From Torpedo marmorata (Eukaryota): a stretch of DNA of 64,000 nt. Position 1 is the stretch's first letter, and every line of letters starts with the position of its first letter. A program made the translations under genes and the position numbers. Location of the stretch: the NCBI GenBank assembly GCA_977017645.1, contig OZ360225.1, positions 94,984,001-95,048,000 of the forward strand, written 5' to 3'. Of the stretch, positions 12,336 to 24,900 are shown piece after piece. The notes under the pieces were generated by a model. It worked only from the letters and a program-made list of their open reading frames with translations, searched no databases and was not told where the DNA came from.

Positions 12336-13146
12336 TCAGTTTCAACTGAAAGAACATATGAAGATAATGAAAGAAATCTCTGGTAACTGGTAATAGTATA
12401 ATTTTGACAAGAATTTGTGAATTACAGGAAGACAGCACATGGTTTTGATTAACTCTATTTCAGCATCATTTTCTCAACCAGCATTTCCAATGTTTACAAG
12501 ACTCTTTGGTTGAACCTTACATTGCATGAGAAAACATCGAACTTTGTCACAAGGTTTGCCGTGTTCCAAGACAACGGACCAAATCATCCAAAAATATAAC
12601 AATGCATGTCATTATTGCTGCACACATTTGATCAGGAAATTTAGGGAAGGTACCATGAGTTGTAATCTCTAGAATTAGCTGATTGATTTGCACCAATCCA
12701 ATCTTTTAAAGGTATAATTAGCATTGTGTTCTAATATTACCTTCTAGTTTTAAGAACTTGCTAAAGTTTGACACTAATTGCCCCTTAAACTCAATGTGTA
12801 AGGTTTGGGCATATGATTAAAACCATTAAAAAATTTATTCATAAAATAAGTGTTATTGAAATCTCATCTGTTTCCCTGGATTAGAAAGGGAATACTATTC
12901 AGTTTTCTTTCTGTCTATGGACAATTGTTGCTTTACATTAAAAAAAATAGTTTTATATCTAAAATGTTTTTTAGTTTCCCTTTTATTTCTCTTCCCTTTA
13001 TTTCATTTTATATATCTGATTTGTCTTTAGGTTATCCTTCTTCTCTTTCATTCTTTGTTTCTGTTTCAACCCATAAAGGTAATTGGTTTAGAAAAAACTG
13101 TGTTGGCCCTAATTTTCATTGAGATCTCTGCTACCTTCTTGTTATT

Positions 13147-14181
13147 ATGTTAAGCACCATCACGCTGAGCACTGGTGCACCTCAGGGCTGTGTGCTCAGC
13201 CCGCTCCTGTTCAGGCTACTGACCCACGACTGCATTGCCAGATTCAGCTCCAACAGTGTCATCAAGTTTGCAGATGACACAACAGTAGTTGGCCTCATCA
13301 GCAACAACGATGAGTCGCAATACAGAGAAGAGGTGGAAAATCTCATGAAATGGTGCGAGAATAATAACCTGAATCCCAACGTTGTCAAGACGGAGGAGAT
13401 GATCATGGACTTCAGGAGGAGCAGGAATGACCACCCTCCACTACACATCAACAACTCTGTAGCAGAGAGAGTGGAGAGCACCAAGTTTCTTGGAGTTCAC
13501 TTAACCAGTGACCTATCATGGACACTCAACATCTGACTTGTCAGGAAGGCGCAACAGTGACTGCACTTCCTGAGAAGACTGAAGCAGGCAAGGCTATTGG
13601 CCACTATTATGTCAACCTTCTACAGGAGCTCGATCGAGAGTGTTCTGGCCGGCTGCATCACAGTGTGGTACGGTTGCTGCAGAGAAATGGATCGGAGGTC
13701 AATCCACAGGATCATAAGAGTGGCAGAGAGGATCACTGGAGTCTCCCTCCCCTCCGCCACCATCGATGTGATGTATCGGGATCGTTGTCTGAAGAGGGTG
13801 CGCAAAATCATTGAGGACCCCTTCCACCCTGCACACAGCATCTTTCAGCTACTCCCATCGGGGAAGAGATACAGGAGTATCAGAGCCAGCACCACTAGGC
13901 TGAGGAACAGCTTCTTCCCATGGGCAGTGAGAATGCTGAACGACCAAAGGAACCGCTCACACGAACCATCCGAGACTCTCATATGTACAAAACAATAATA
14001 TTTATTTATTTGTATAGACAAAATACTTGTCCTGCATATGTATTGTTTGTATATGTGTTATGTCTGGTTGTGTGTCTGCTTGATTTGCACCGAGGACCGG
14101 AGAACGCTGTTTAGTTAGGTTCTACATGTACAATCAGATGACAATAAACTTGACTTGACTTGACTTGACTTGACTTGACTT
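13147..14181 (+). mobile_element. 5'-truncated Rex1-type LINE (second subfamily) with (ACTTG)n tail
   Basis: [18 protein letters not shown] and LLPSGKRYRS; ends in gacaataaacttgacttgact... Confidence 0.9.
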
Positions 14182-15689
14182 CCAGCAAGAAATGGCGCAA
14201 ATTATGTTCCATCTGTATTGTCCAGGTAAAATTCAACCTACTGAACTTTCTGCAAAATGCACTGTTGCACAAAATGTGACCTATGTAACAATGATACCTC
14301 TGAGGACTGAGAAAAATTAGTCCTGGATTAATTATGTCATAAATCTAGATTATGTCATTTTCAACTTTGCAAAGAATTTCAATGAAATTCCAAAAGCATG
14401 CAGATGAATTAAAGTATTTTCACTTACCTTGAAGATCTATTTTCAGAGGGCTTTGCAACAAAGGCTAAAATTGTCACAAATCTAAGAAATATAAATTACA
14501 CTTGATTGTTTTAAGAGAAAAGTTAAAGCTATAGTGCTTGATCCATTATTGTTCAAAACTCAAAATGTATTCCCTTAGATCTCCCTGAGAGTCATTAAAT
14601 TATTTGTTCAGTTTGAGCTAATATTTATGTGGGAAGTGTGATCTACTTCATATATCCACATCACACATCAGAACAAAAACAGTTTGAGGGTAATTTGCTT
14701 GTGTTTGATATTCTCCAAGATTAAATCGATTCCATAAATTGTGTACTACCAAGCAGACTCAATCAATTCAATGACATAGAAGTGAGACATCGTCTTCCTT
14801 TATCTTCATTTACTTTAGACAACTAGTTCTGTGCTATTTATTTTATTTTGCTTCCTGTCTTAAAGCCATATTGACTGAGAAAAATATCCTTTTCTTCTAA
14901 CCCAAAATAAAAGGGAAGAACCTCTTTTGCTCTGCATTAATTTTTATTTTAATTTAGTTCTATGGAAAAGAAAATAATAAACCATTTAAACCAACTTGTC
15001 AAGTTTCTTTTGCTTCTTTTGTACTACTGAATAAAACTAAGTTTACTAATTCTCCATCTCCAAGGGAAGCTGAGCACAAACATTTTGGTGACCTTTTCCT
15101 GATGAAAAGAAATCATGTCATATAATTTATAACTCATATCTTGCAATGTCAATCTCCACCCAATAATGGAAGTAGGCCAACAATACTTTGGTGGTACATA
15201 TTAAATCAGCATTCATGTTTGCCATAATTTTTGAGATATCATATTCTTATAGAAATACCCAAATCTTCATCATGTGTTGAATTTTAATGGATATAAATTA
15301 TCTTTACAGGCAATATACTTCATTGCTCTTGAGTATTTGTTTTCATTCTATATTTTCTTTATTGATTACGTTATTTGTGTTTACTTCAGATGCATTCTTT
15401 CACAGTGGTTTGCAATAACTTGTATCCTGAAAACCAATCTTGCATAACTTTGATAATCAGAAGTGACTTTGTAGATTGTGGGAACTCAGTAGGCTGCAAT
15501 TTTCACTGGCCAATTATTTAAAGTATGTAGCAGCAGGGAAAAAGCAAACAATGAAACTTTTAATGGACAAATATTAGACTAAAATTTCTTGAGAACTCAG
15601 TGCTGAGTGAAATAAGAAACAATTATTACATTAATATACAGATATTTATATATTTTATGAATTCCTTCCCTGATATCCAAACCTAAAAA

Positions 15690-16535
15690 ATAGGAGTAGG
15701 AGTAAATTGTCTGACCCTTCAGATTATGCTGATCTTCCATCTCAATACCATTTTCCAGCACTGTCACTAAATCCCTTGATTCCCCGAGTGCTCAGAAATC
15801 TATCAACCTCTGCTTTGAATGACCATAAAAACTGAGCTTCCAGAGAAGAGTGGTGTAGAGAATTCCAAAGATTCATCATCCTGAGTGAAGAGCTTTCTCC
15901 TCTTTGCAATCTTAAATTATCTACCCCATATCTCAAACTGGGTCACCAGTCCTTATCCCTGTATCCCTGTATCTAGCCCAACCATTCCCAACCTTTTTTT
16001 GGCTAAGGCTCAAAGTTTGACTCTGCTCAAAGTTTATGGGCTCCCTCCCCTGTGAAGCAGTCAAGGATTGGTTTCTTCCATACTTCTCTGCTCCCGATTA
16101 CATAAAAAACATAAAATATATTTATGTTACATGAGGTTTAAAGAAAACAAGGCTTTTATTTAAATGTGCTGTGTCCCCCCGGGGGGACGGGGAACATAGG
16201 GCCTTGTTGAGAATGGCTGATCTAGCCTGTCAAGCCCTTCAAGAACTTTCAAGTGAGTTTCCATGAGATCTCTTCTTTTTCTTTCAAATACTTAAAAAAA
16301 TTAGTCCCAGAGTTTTTAATCTCTTCTCAGGTGGCAAACCTGTCATCCCTGGAGCCAGTCTGCTGAACCTTCACTGCACTCACACTGTGAAAAGTACATC
16401 ATTTTTAGATAAGGAGACCAAAACTGTGCACAACACTTCAGGTGAATTCTCACCAAGATCCTATATAATAGCAATAATACTTCCTTACTTCAAATATCAA
16501 ACCATCTCATAATAAAGACCCGTGTACCATCCATT
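15690..16535 (-). mobile_element. Degraded CR1 3' fragment, interrupted by a hAT MITE
   Basis: ORF 15742..15936 gives RMMNLWNSL...FKAEVDRFL; the ggagaccaaaactgtgcacaacacttcaggtg motif lies near 16412. Confidence 0.7.
15979..16219. mobile_element. hAT (Charlie-like) MITE
   Basis: TIRs caaccattcccaac / gttgagaatggctg; perfect 8-bp TSD ATCTAGCC at 15971-15978 and 16220-16227. Confidence 0.85.
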
Positions 16536-17359
16536 TCAAAAACATGAAATCAGAAGAACACGCTTCAATAGAATTAAATATTTTATTCAAAGCTCTTTAT
16601 AATTTAATTTCAAAACAAAACCTGGCCTTAAGCAAATATTAGCGACTTTTATAAATATTGGGAGCATCTGTTCTTGGATTGATTGCAAAATGGTCCTTTT
16701 TCATTGCTGGGATTATTTCCTCTGAAATAGATTGAGCTATGGTTCTCCAGATAAATCAGTTAGTGGGCTAGTGTGCACCACAAATCAAAGAAGGATTCAA
16801 ATGTTGATCGGTAATTTGTTACGATGTGAATTTTCTTTTTGATTTATTGTTGGGTTGCAGGTCTAACTGTCAAATTGGGGAGTTCATGCCGTCCTTAGTT
16901 TCCATGAGAAGGTAGAGATATGGTTGCTTCTTGAAAACAGGTTTGATAGAATTAAAAGAACAATTGGACGACTTCAAAGAGTTAATCATGAGACACATTC
17001 TTTCGAGAACAACCAATTGTGATATTGTAACAATCTGAGGAATTTGTAATCACTTTAAATGACTGATTTTAAACTCAGTTTAATTTTCAGACTGCCGTCG
17101 GGACTTAAAATCATGCCTTCCTGTGTTTTATTCCAGGAGTCAGGATTACTGAAAGCTTTTCAGTTCCAGCAATGTTATTACAGATCTTGCTTGCCAGGAG
17201 GTTTGTTTCCTTGTTTTCAATGTACTATCGTAAAATGGCTAATTCCTTTAATTGGCTCAAAATCCTGTCTGTTACAATGTTTGGTGCTGATTTCTTTGGC
17301 TTAAATGTGAATAACTTAGATTTTCCTGCCACTTCCCATGCCATCTTAGAAACAACAGG

Positions 17360-18400
17360 CTGTTGTTCATTGACTGCAGCTTGGCATTCAACACCATCCT
17401 ACCAGCAAAACTTATTAGCAAACTAAGGGATAAAGGGTTCAAACCTGAAACATTGACTGACTATTTTTACCTATGGATGCTGAGTGCCTCCAGCAATTCT
17501 TTGTCTGCTAAAGATTCCAGCATCTGCAGCTTTTGTGTTTCTCTAAAGGATCTGGGACCCTGTTCACCACTCTGCAACTGGATCCTCAACTTCATCATTA
17601 GCAATGTGGGTCATCACCTCGTCCTCATTGATCATCAATACAGAGGCACCTCAACGTGCTTAGTACCCTGCTCTATTCCTTGTGCACTCATGATTGTGTA
17701 GCCTAGTTTGACTCTAATGCAATCTATAAATTCACTAACAACATCACCTTTTTTGGCTGAATAACGGGAAATGCAGGATGGAGATCGAGAATCTGGTTGG
17801 TTGGTGCTAGATGATAACCTTCTTCTCAAGGTCAACAAGACCAAGGAGCTCATTGTGGATTTTAGGAAGAGGAGGCTGTGGGACCACATACCTGTTTTCA
17901 TTGACAGGAAGGTGGTCGAGAGGGTTAGTACCTTCAAGTTCCAGAGAGTCCACACCTCTCCTGGGGCCAGCACATCGAAGCAACCATGAAGAAGGCACAC
18001 CAACACTTCTACTTCCTAAAAATATTTGAGAAGATTTGACAATTCATTGAATACTCTATCAAACTTCTACTGGGTCACTGTGGAAAGTGTACTGACTGGT
18101 TGCATCATGACCTGTTTAGGTAGTCCAAGTGCCCAGGAACTAAGAAGGCTGCAGAAAGTGGTAAACCGAGTCCATCACAGGCTCCGACCTCCCATCCATT
18201 GAAGACATCTATGTGAGGTGTTGACTCAGGAAGGCAGCCAACATCATAAGACACTCTCATCACCCTGGTCACAACCTCTTCTCACTGTTAGGTTCAGGAA
18301 GAAGGTACAGAAGCCTGAAGTCCTGCACCTCTAGGTTCAAGAACAGATTTTTTTCTGACGGCAATCAGGCCCTTGAACATTCCCTTACTACCAAAACCAT
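17360..18400 (+). mobile_element. Old degraded Rex1-type LINE
   Basis: FIDCSLAFNTILP, LCNWILNF and KTKELIVDFRK, with many frameshifts. Confidence 0.8.
17432..17542 (+). mobile_element. Penelope-like pLTR fragment nested in the Rex element
   Basis: aagggttcaaacctgaaacattgac...gattccagcatctgcag; approximate TSD ctaa(g/a)ggat at 17423-17431 and 17543-17551. Confidence 0.6.
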
Positions 18401-18470
18401 TAATTACTCCAGGACCACAAAAAGACCTGTCTGCATTATCACACTATTTCATTTACTGAACTTGCATTAA

Positions 18471-18905
18471 CTGCAACTCCTCAACTTATGATGGGGTTAC
18501 GTTCCGGCAAAGAATACCACAGCTTCCATTTTTTATAATTAAATTTTGAATACCTTTATTCCACATTGAAAAAACCATTAACATACACAGCTGAAAGCAC
18601 ACTGGGCATGAAGAATGTTTGAAGCATTGAACTAAAATTAATTGCTGGATGGTGAGGATGGTAGGGATGCTAAAGCGACAGGGTCATCAATTTCACTTGT
18701 TCGCGTGATCGCTACAGAGACTGCGAGCGTGGTTGAGTCAGCATCGCGAGAGAGGATGCTGCCATCGCCCAGCATCGTGAGAGAGTAGTGTACCGCATAT
18801 CGCAAACGCGGGAACAGATCAGAATTCGAACTTGAAAGAACGGATTTGAACCATCGTAACTTCGAAAAATCGTAAGTCGGACCATCATAACTAGGGGAGC
18901 ACCTG
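18471..18905. mobile_element. Tigger/pogo-type MITE
   Basis: Degenerate TIRs ...ctcctcaacttatgatgg / ccatcataactaggggagcacctg followed by TA; the ends are shared with the MITE at 38183. Confidence 0.7.
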
Positions 18906-19854
18906 TATCTATCTTTGATATTTATTATCTCTTTCCACACTGAGGTAATTTAATGCATACTATTGTAGTTGTTTTTTTATATATAGAAGTACCTTTTTGG
19001 CTGCAGCAAGTAAGAATTTTGGTGCATATAGTCATTGTACTTATTTGTATGACAATAACTCAATATCATTATCATTACTGGTCCATTTCATAACCACTAC
19101 TTCAAATTGGTCTCATTTTAAATAATAAACACTAAAGTGTAAAGAGAAGCTTTGGTAAGATTGAACTGAGCTGTGAATGGGTCAACACAACGTTTAATGC
19201 AAGTGATATTAAAACTCTGCCGACGAACTGTGTATCAGGCACATGGAGGAACACATTTGCTCTGCCTGCAGCCTGCATTCTATGTAGCTGTTTGCATTGA
19301 TCTTTTGGGTTTTTGACAAGAGAGGAATGTGGTGCTACACACTGAAAGCCATTTAGTTTACAAATTAAAAAAATAAAAAATATAATTCTCAAAATATGTA
19401 CTAAGAACAATTAGTAATATATTAACTCATAACAATAATAGAAATAATATAAAATAAAACTCAGAAAATCTTTTGCACATGAAAAAATCCTTTTGCTGCA
19501 ACACGTTAATAACAAACTAAAATCAGAAGAACCATTTGGACAACAATACAATTTAGTTACAGTTTAATTCATGATTATACAATGAGACTCAATTTTCTCA
19601 TCACAGTTTGAGTCAGGAAGATTTCTGTGGGTATTTGAGCAAAGTGATTGCAGAAAATATATTGTTCAATGAGACAGGTCTTGATGGTTGAAAGTCCTGC
19701 TGACAAATCTACTCTTTTCCTTCTTGGTCTCTGGATTCAATGGAAAATAAAAGAAACCTGCTTGGGAGAAATACCGTATATTTCGGCGTATAAGTCGACT
19801 CGCAGATAAGTCGACCCCCTTTTTCAGCCTCATTTTAATGGTTTTATTGTATAT

Positions 19855-20070
19855 CCGGCGTATAAGTCGACCCCCAAAAATCGCGATGCCTGAGATGCTG
19901 AGCGTTGACCGGCGTATAAGTCGACCCCCAAAAATCGCGATGATTGAGCTGCTGGGCGTTGACCGGCATATAGGTCGACCCACAACGATCGCGATGATTG
20001 AGCTGCTGGGCGTTGACCGGCATATATGTCGACCCACAACGATCGCGCTGATTGAACTGCTGGGCGTTGG
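19855..20070 (+). repeat. Left subterminal ~60-bp tandem repeat containing the TIR core
   Basis: ccggcgtataagtcgaccc...gcgttga occurs about 3.5 times. Confidence 0.9.
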
Positions 20071-20088
20071 CTGGAGGTGATTGTTATC

Positions 20089-21414
20089 ATGGAGGCTCAA
20101 TTGAAACGACGAAAGTATGAGGCGAGTTTTAAATTAAAAGTGATAGAAATGGCCAAGAAACCCAACAACTGTGCTGCTGCAAGAAAATTTGATGTATATG
20201 AGAAGTTGGTAAGAGATTGGAGGAAGAAAGAAGATACTTTAAGAAAAATACCAAAAAGGCAATGTTCGATGAGAAGAGGAATCACTCGTTGGCCAGAGTT
20301 GGAAAATCATGTCGCAGCATGGGTACGTGAACAGAGGCAAGATTGCTACATTGTCACCCGAAATAAAATAAGAACATTTGCACTGAAGTGGGCAAAGTTG
20401 CACCCAGAACTCAGTAATGATTTTGAAGCTACAGTAGGCTGGAGCAACTGTTTCATGAACAGGAAAAATCTGGTATTACGACAAAAAACAAAAATTGCTC
20501 AGAAACTACCAAAAGATCTTGATCATAAAGTTGTAAGTTTTCACCAGTTTATTTTACGTAACCGGCAGAAACACAAGTTTGCGTTGGCAAATATTGGAAA
20601 CATGGACGAAACCCCCATGAATTTTGACATGATAGGCAATAGAACAGTGGAATGGAAAGGTGTGAAAATTGTGCAAACGAGGAGTACAGGACATGAAAGG
20701 ACCAGGTATACCGTGGTGTTATCGTGCATGGCCGACGGGACAAAGTTAAGACCCATGGTAATCTTCAAACGTAAATTTAAACCTAAAATAAAATTCCCTG
20801 CAGGTATTTTTGTACATTTTTATGAAAAAGGATGGATGAATGAAAATGGTGTAAAACTATGGATAGACAATGCGTGGAACAGGCGGCCAGGCAGTTAACG
20901 CAAGGAACGGAGTTTGCTGGTCTGGGATATGTTTCGTAGCCACTTAACTGAGAACACTAAAAGTAGATTAGCACAACATAATACTTACATGGTGGTTATC
21001 CCGGGTGGTTTGACGTCTATATTGCAACCTCTCGATGTCTGCTTGAACAAGCCATTCAAAGACCATGTGCGTGAAGAGTGGAATACATGGATGTCGAGTG
21101 CAGAAAAATCATTTACAAAAGGCGGGGCAATGCGTGCTGCATCGCTTGATGTGCTGTGTGACTTCGTGCTCAAGGCATGGGACAAAGTGAAAGTAGAGAC
21201 TGTAATAAAATCGTTTAAAAAGTGCGGTATCTCTTGTGCAATTGATGGTACGGAAGATGATTTATTGTGGGACACTGACGACAAAGCTGAAGCTACCTCA
21301 TCAGATACAGACTGGGACCCGTACGATGACTGTTTAAACAGTGAGACCTCGGATGTGTTTGCCGAGATCTTTGCCTCAGACGATGATAGCGAAAGTGATT
21401 TTGAAGGGTTCTAA
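20089..21414 (+). pseudogene. pogo DD35D transposase (Brinker-type DBD, CENP-B HTH, DDE_1), ~441 aa with one in-frame TAA at 20896-20898
   Basis: ORFs 20077..20898 and 20914..21414 are in the same frame. RRKYEASFKLKVI, GNMDET, LVWDMF...QPLD with 35 residues between the last two Asp; acidic tail. Confidence 0.9.
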
Positions 21415-21477
21415 ATGTGTTGTTGTTTTCAATACAAATGTCAATGATAATTTGTTGCAGTCGGGTTTTTTTTTGGT

Positions 21478-21571
21478 TTTTCAAGGGTCGACTTATACGC
21501 CGAATCGTGTTTTCAAGGGTCGACTTATACGCCGAATCGGGTTTTCAAGGGTCGACTTATACGCCGAATCG
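21478..21571 (+). repeat. Right subterminal ~31-bp tandem repeat containing the TIR core
   Basis: ttttcaagggtcgacttatacgccgaatcg x3. Confidence 0.9.
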
Positions 21572-21904
21572 GCGTGGAGTGGTTTTTGAGCTGATTTTAA
21601 GGTCTCAAAAGTATATCCGGCGAATAAGTAGACCCCCGTTTTTTGAGAGATTTTTGAGGGTTTCAAGACTCGACTTATACGCCGAAATATACGGTATATT
21701 AAATAAATGGACATGGAAACAAATAGTTGACTCTTGTAGTTACCTGCAAGGAATACCATAGCAAGAACCATTAACTATCTGGGGATATGACTGGTGAAAA
21801 GTGGTTGCTCTGATTAATTGAAGATTGGCAGAAAGCCCATTCAAGTGTATGAATTAGCATTTATGCTATTTCTTTGGGACTTCTGTCAATTCTCTTCTTG
21901 AGTT

Positions 21905-24900
21905 ATGGTGAGTTACGCTGCTGCTGGGGATGAACCATGACAAGGACCCTTACATCCTTCTCCACACACTCTTTGCAAATCTGCATTCTGCAAAGAGGTG
22001 GGCAACTGTCTCCATTCCACCGCAGTCATCTCGGGGACAACATGCATTGTGGGTGATGTTCTGGTTGTACAGTAAGGATCTGACTGGAGTGAGGGCTCCT
22101 CTTACTGCCATCCAAACAAGTCCTGGTGCTTGTTTGTGATCACTGGTGATGAGGCATTCTGCGAGATGACCTGGATGGTCTGCTCCGGGAACTACCCCAC
22201 TGCGTCCATCGAGTCCTCGTCTCTCAGTGTCTGCAGGACATTCCGTGCTGACCACTGCCTGGTGGCCTTGTGGTCAAAAGTGTGTGACTGGAAAAACAAT
22301 GTCACAGTCCAGCTGACTGGGACATTGTGCGCAAATGGGGCCAGGCCCATCCTTCGCAACACTTGGAACAGGTGGAACCTCAGAACACAGCAGCACTTGG
22401 TGCCCTCTCACTTTGGTTCCATGCACAGCTTGATGCAGACACACATGAAGGTGGTCATCAGGATGAGGGCCATATTGGGTACGTCTTCGCTCCCATTGTC
22501 TGGCGACTTGTACATGGTGATCCTTCAGACCCTTTCCATCTTAGATCCCCGTATGAACCGGAAGACTGCTCTGGTGACTGCCAGGGCAGAGGAGCGGGGG
22601 ATGGGCCACACCTGCACCACCTACAAAAATATTGATAGCTCCTTGCACCTGGTGATCAAGTTCTTCCCCGTTATCGAGAGGGAGCGCCATACCCACAGAC
22701 ACAATTTCTGATGGGCCTTTGTGATCCGCTTTGACCAATTCTTCTTGCATGCCTCGGCCCCACCTAACCAGATCCCTAACACCTTCAGGTAGTCAGATCT
22801 GACTGTGAAGGGGATGGTGGACCAGTCAGACCAGTTATCGAAGAGCATTACCTCACTCTTCTTCCTGTTTACCCTGACGCCCGATGCAAACTCAACATGG
22901 CCGCTGATGCTGATCAGTCTGCGGACATATTTTGGATCCGATCAGAAGACAGCGACGTCGTCCAAGTACAGGGAGGCCTTGACCTGAGTGCCTCCACTGC
23001 TTGGCAGTATTACTCCTCTTATACTCCTCTTATGCTCTCGTCCTTCCTGATGGATTCAGCAAATGGATCCATACAGCACACAAATAAGACTTGAGTGAGC
23101 GGGAAACGCTGCCGGACTCCAGACTTGATGAGGAAGCTATGTTATTCCCACCCATTGATTTGGACTGCACTACAGATGTCCATGTAGAGCAGTTTAATCC
23201 AATTTTGGGTTCCCTCCCCAAAGTCCATTTGGGAGATCATATAACCATATAACCATATAACACTAACAGGCCAGTTCGGCCCTTCTAGTCCATGCTGAAC
23301 ACATTCTCCCACCTAGTCCCACTGACCCACACCCGGCCCATAACCCTCCACACCTTTCTCATCCATATATCTATCCAACTTTTCCTTAAACATTAAAATT
23401 GAACCTGCATCTACCACTTCGGCCGGAAGCTCGTTCCACTCTCCCACCACCCCCTGAGTGAAAAAATTCCCCCTCATGTTTCCTCTAAACTTTTCCCCCT
23501 TCAATCTCAATCCATGCCCTCTTGTTTGAATCTACCACACTCTCAATTGAAAAAGCCTGTCCACGTTGACTCTATCTGTCCCCTTCATAATTTTAAATAC
23601 CTCTATCAAATCGCCCCTCAACCTTCTACGGTCCAGGGAATAAAGTCCCAGCCTGCTCAACCTTTCCCTGTAACTCAAACCCAGAAACCCAGGCAACATT
23701 CTTGTAAATCTCCTCTGCACTCTCTCTATTCTATTTATATCTTTCCTATAATTCAGCGACCAAAAGTGCACACAATATTCCAAATTTGGCCTCACCAGTG
23801 CCTTATACAACTTCAACATGACATCCCAACTCCTATATTCAATACTCTGATTTATGAAGGCCAACATACCAAATGCCTTCTTCACCTCGCTATCTACGTG
23901 TGACTCAACTTTATGTACCAGAATTCCTAAATCTCTCTGTTCTACTGCACTCCTCAATTGTCTTCCATTTAACATGTATGACCTATGCTGATTAGTCCTA
24001 CCAAAATGTAGCACCTCACATTTATCAGTATTAAACTCCATCTTCCATGTTTCAGCCCACTCTTCTAACTGTCCTATATCCCCCTGCAAGCTTTGATATC
24101 CCTCTTCACTGTCAACAACACCACCAATCTTCGTATCATCTGCATACTTACTAATCCAATTTACCGCCCTATCATCTAGATCATTAATATATATGACAAA
24201 CAACAATGGACCCAGTACCGATCCCTGAGGCACTCCACTAGTCACCGGCCTCCAATTTGACAAACAATTTTCCACCACTACTCTCTGACATCTCTTATCC
24301 AACCATTGTTGAATCTATTTCACTACTTCGACATTAATACCTAATGCTTGAACCTTCCTAACTAGCCTCTTATGCGGAACCTTGTCAAATGCCTTACTAA
24401 AGTCCATATAGACAACATCCACAGCTTTCCCTCATCGAAAAACTCTATGAGATTTGTTAAACATGATCTACCACGAACAAAACCGTGTTGACTACTCCTA
24501 ATCAATGCTTGTCTTTCCAAATAACTGTATACCCCATCTCTAAGAACACTCTCCATTAATTTACCCACCACCGATGTCAGACTCACAGGCCTATAATTTC
24601 CAGGTTTACTTGTGGAGCTCTTTTTAAACAGTGGGACAACATGAGCTACCCTCCAATCCTCTGGCACCTCCCCCGTGGCCAGTGACATTTTAAATATTTC
24701 TGTCAGAGCCCCCACTATTTGTACACTAACCTCCCTCAGGGTCCTCGGGAATATCCTGTCAGGACCTGGAGATTTATCCACCTTTATACTCTTTAAAATA
24801 GCCAATACTACCTCCTCATTAATCTTTATATTATCCATGACCTCACCACCAGATTTCCTTACTTCACCTGGCTCAATATTCCTTTCCTTTGTAAATACTG

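Larger units (their letters stand above)
19774..21694 (+). mobile_element. Full-length pogo-family (Passer/POGK-like) DNA transposon
   Basis: Perfect 25-bp TIRs CCGTATATTTCGGCGTATAAGTCGA, TA TSD on both sides, and an internal transposase. Confidence 0.95.

Noticed and set aside
19132-19410. 92-aa minus-strand ORF in unique sequence
   Set aside because: No recognisable homology and no convincing splice structure.
19855-20070. Regularly spaced repeats resembling a CRISPR array
   Set aside because: The spacers are near-identical and the array is subterminal to a eukaryotic pogo transposon.
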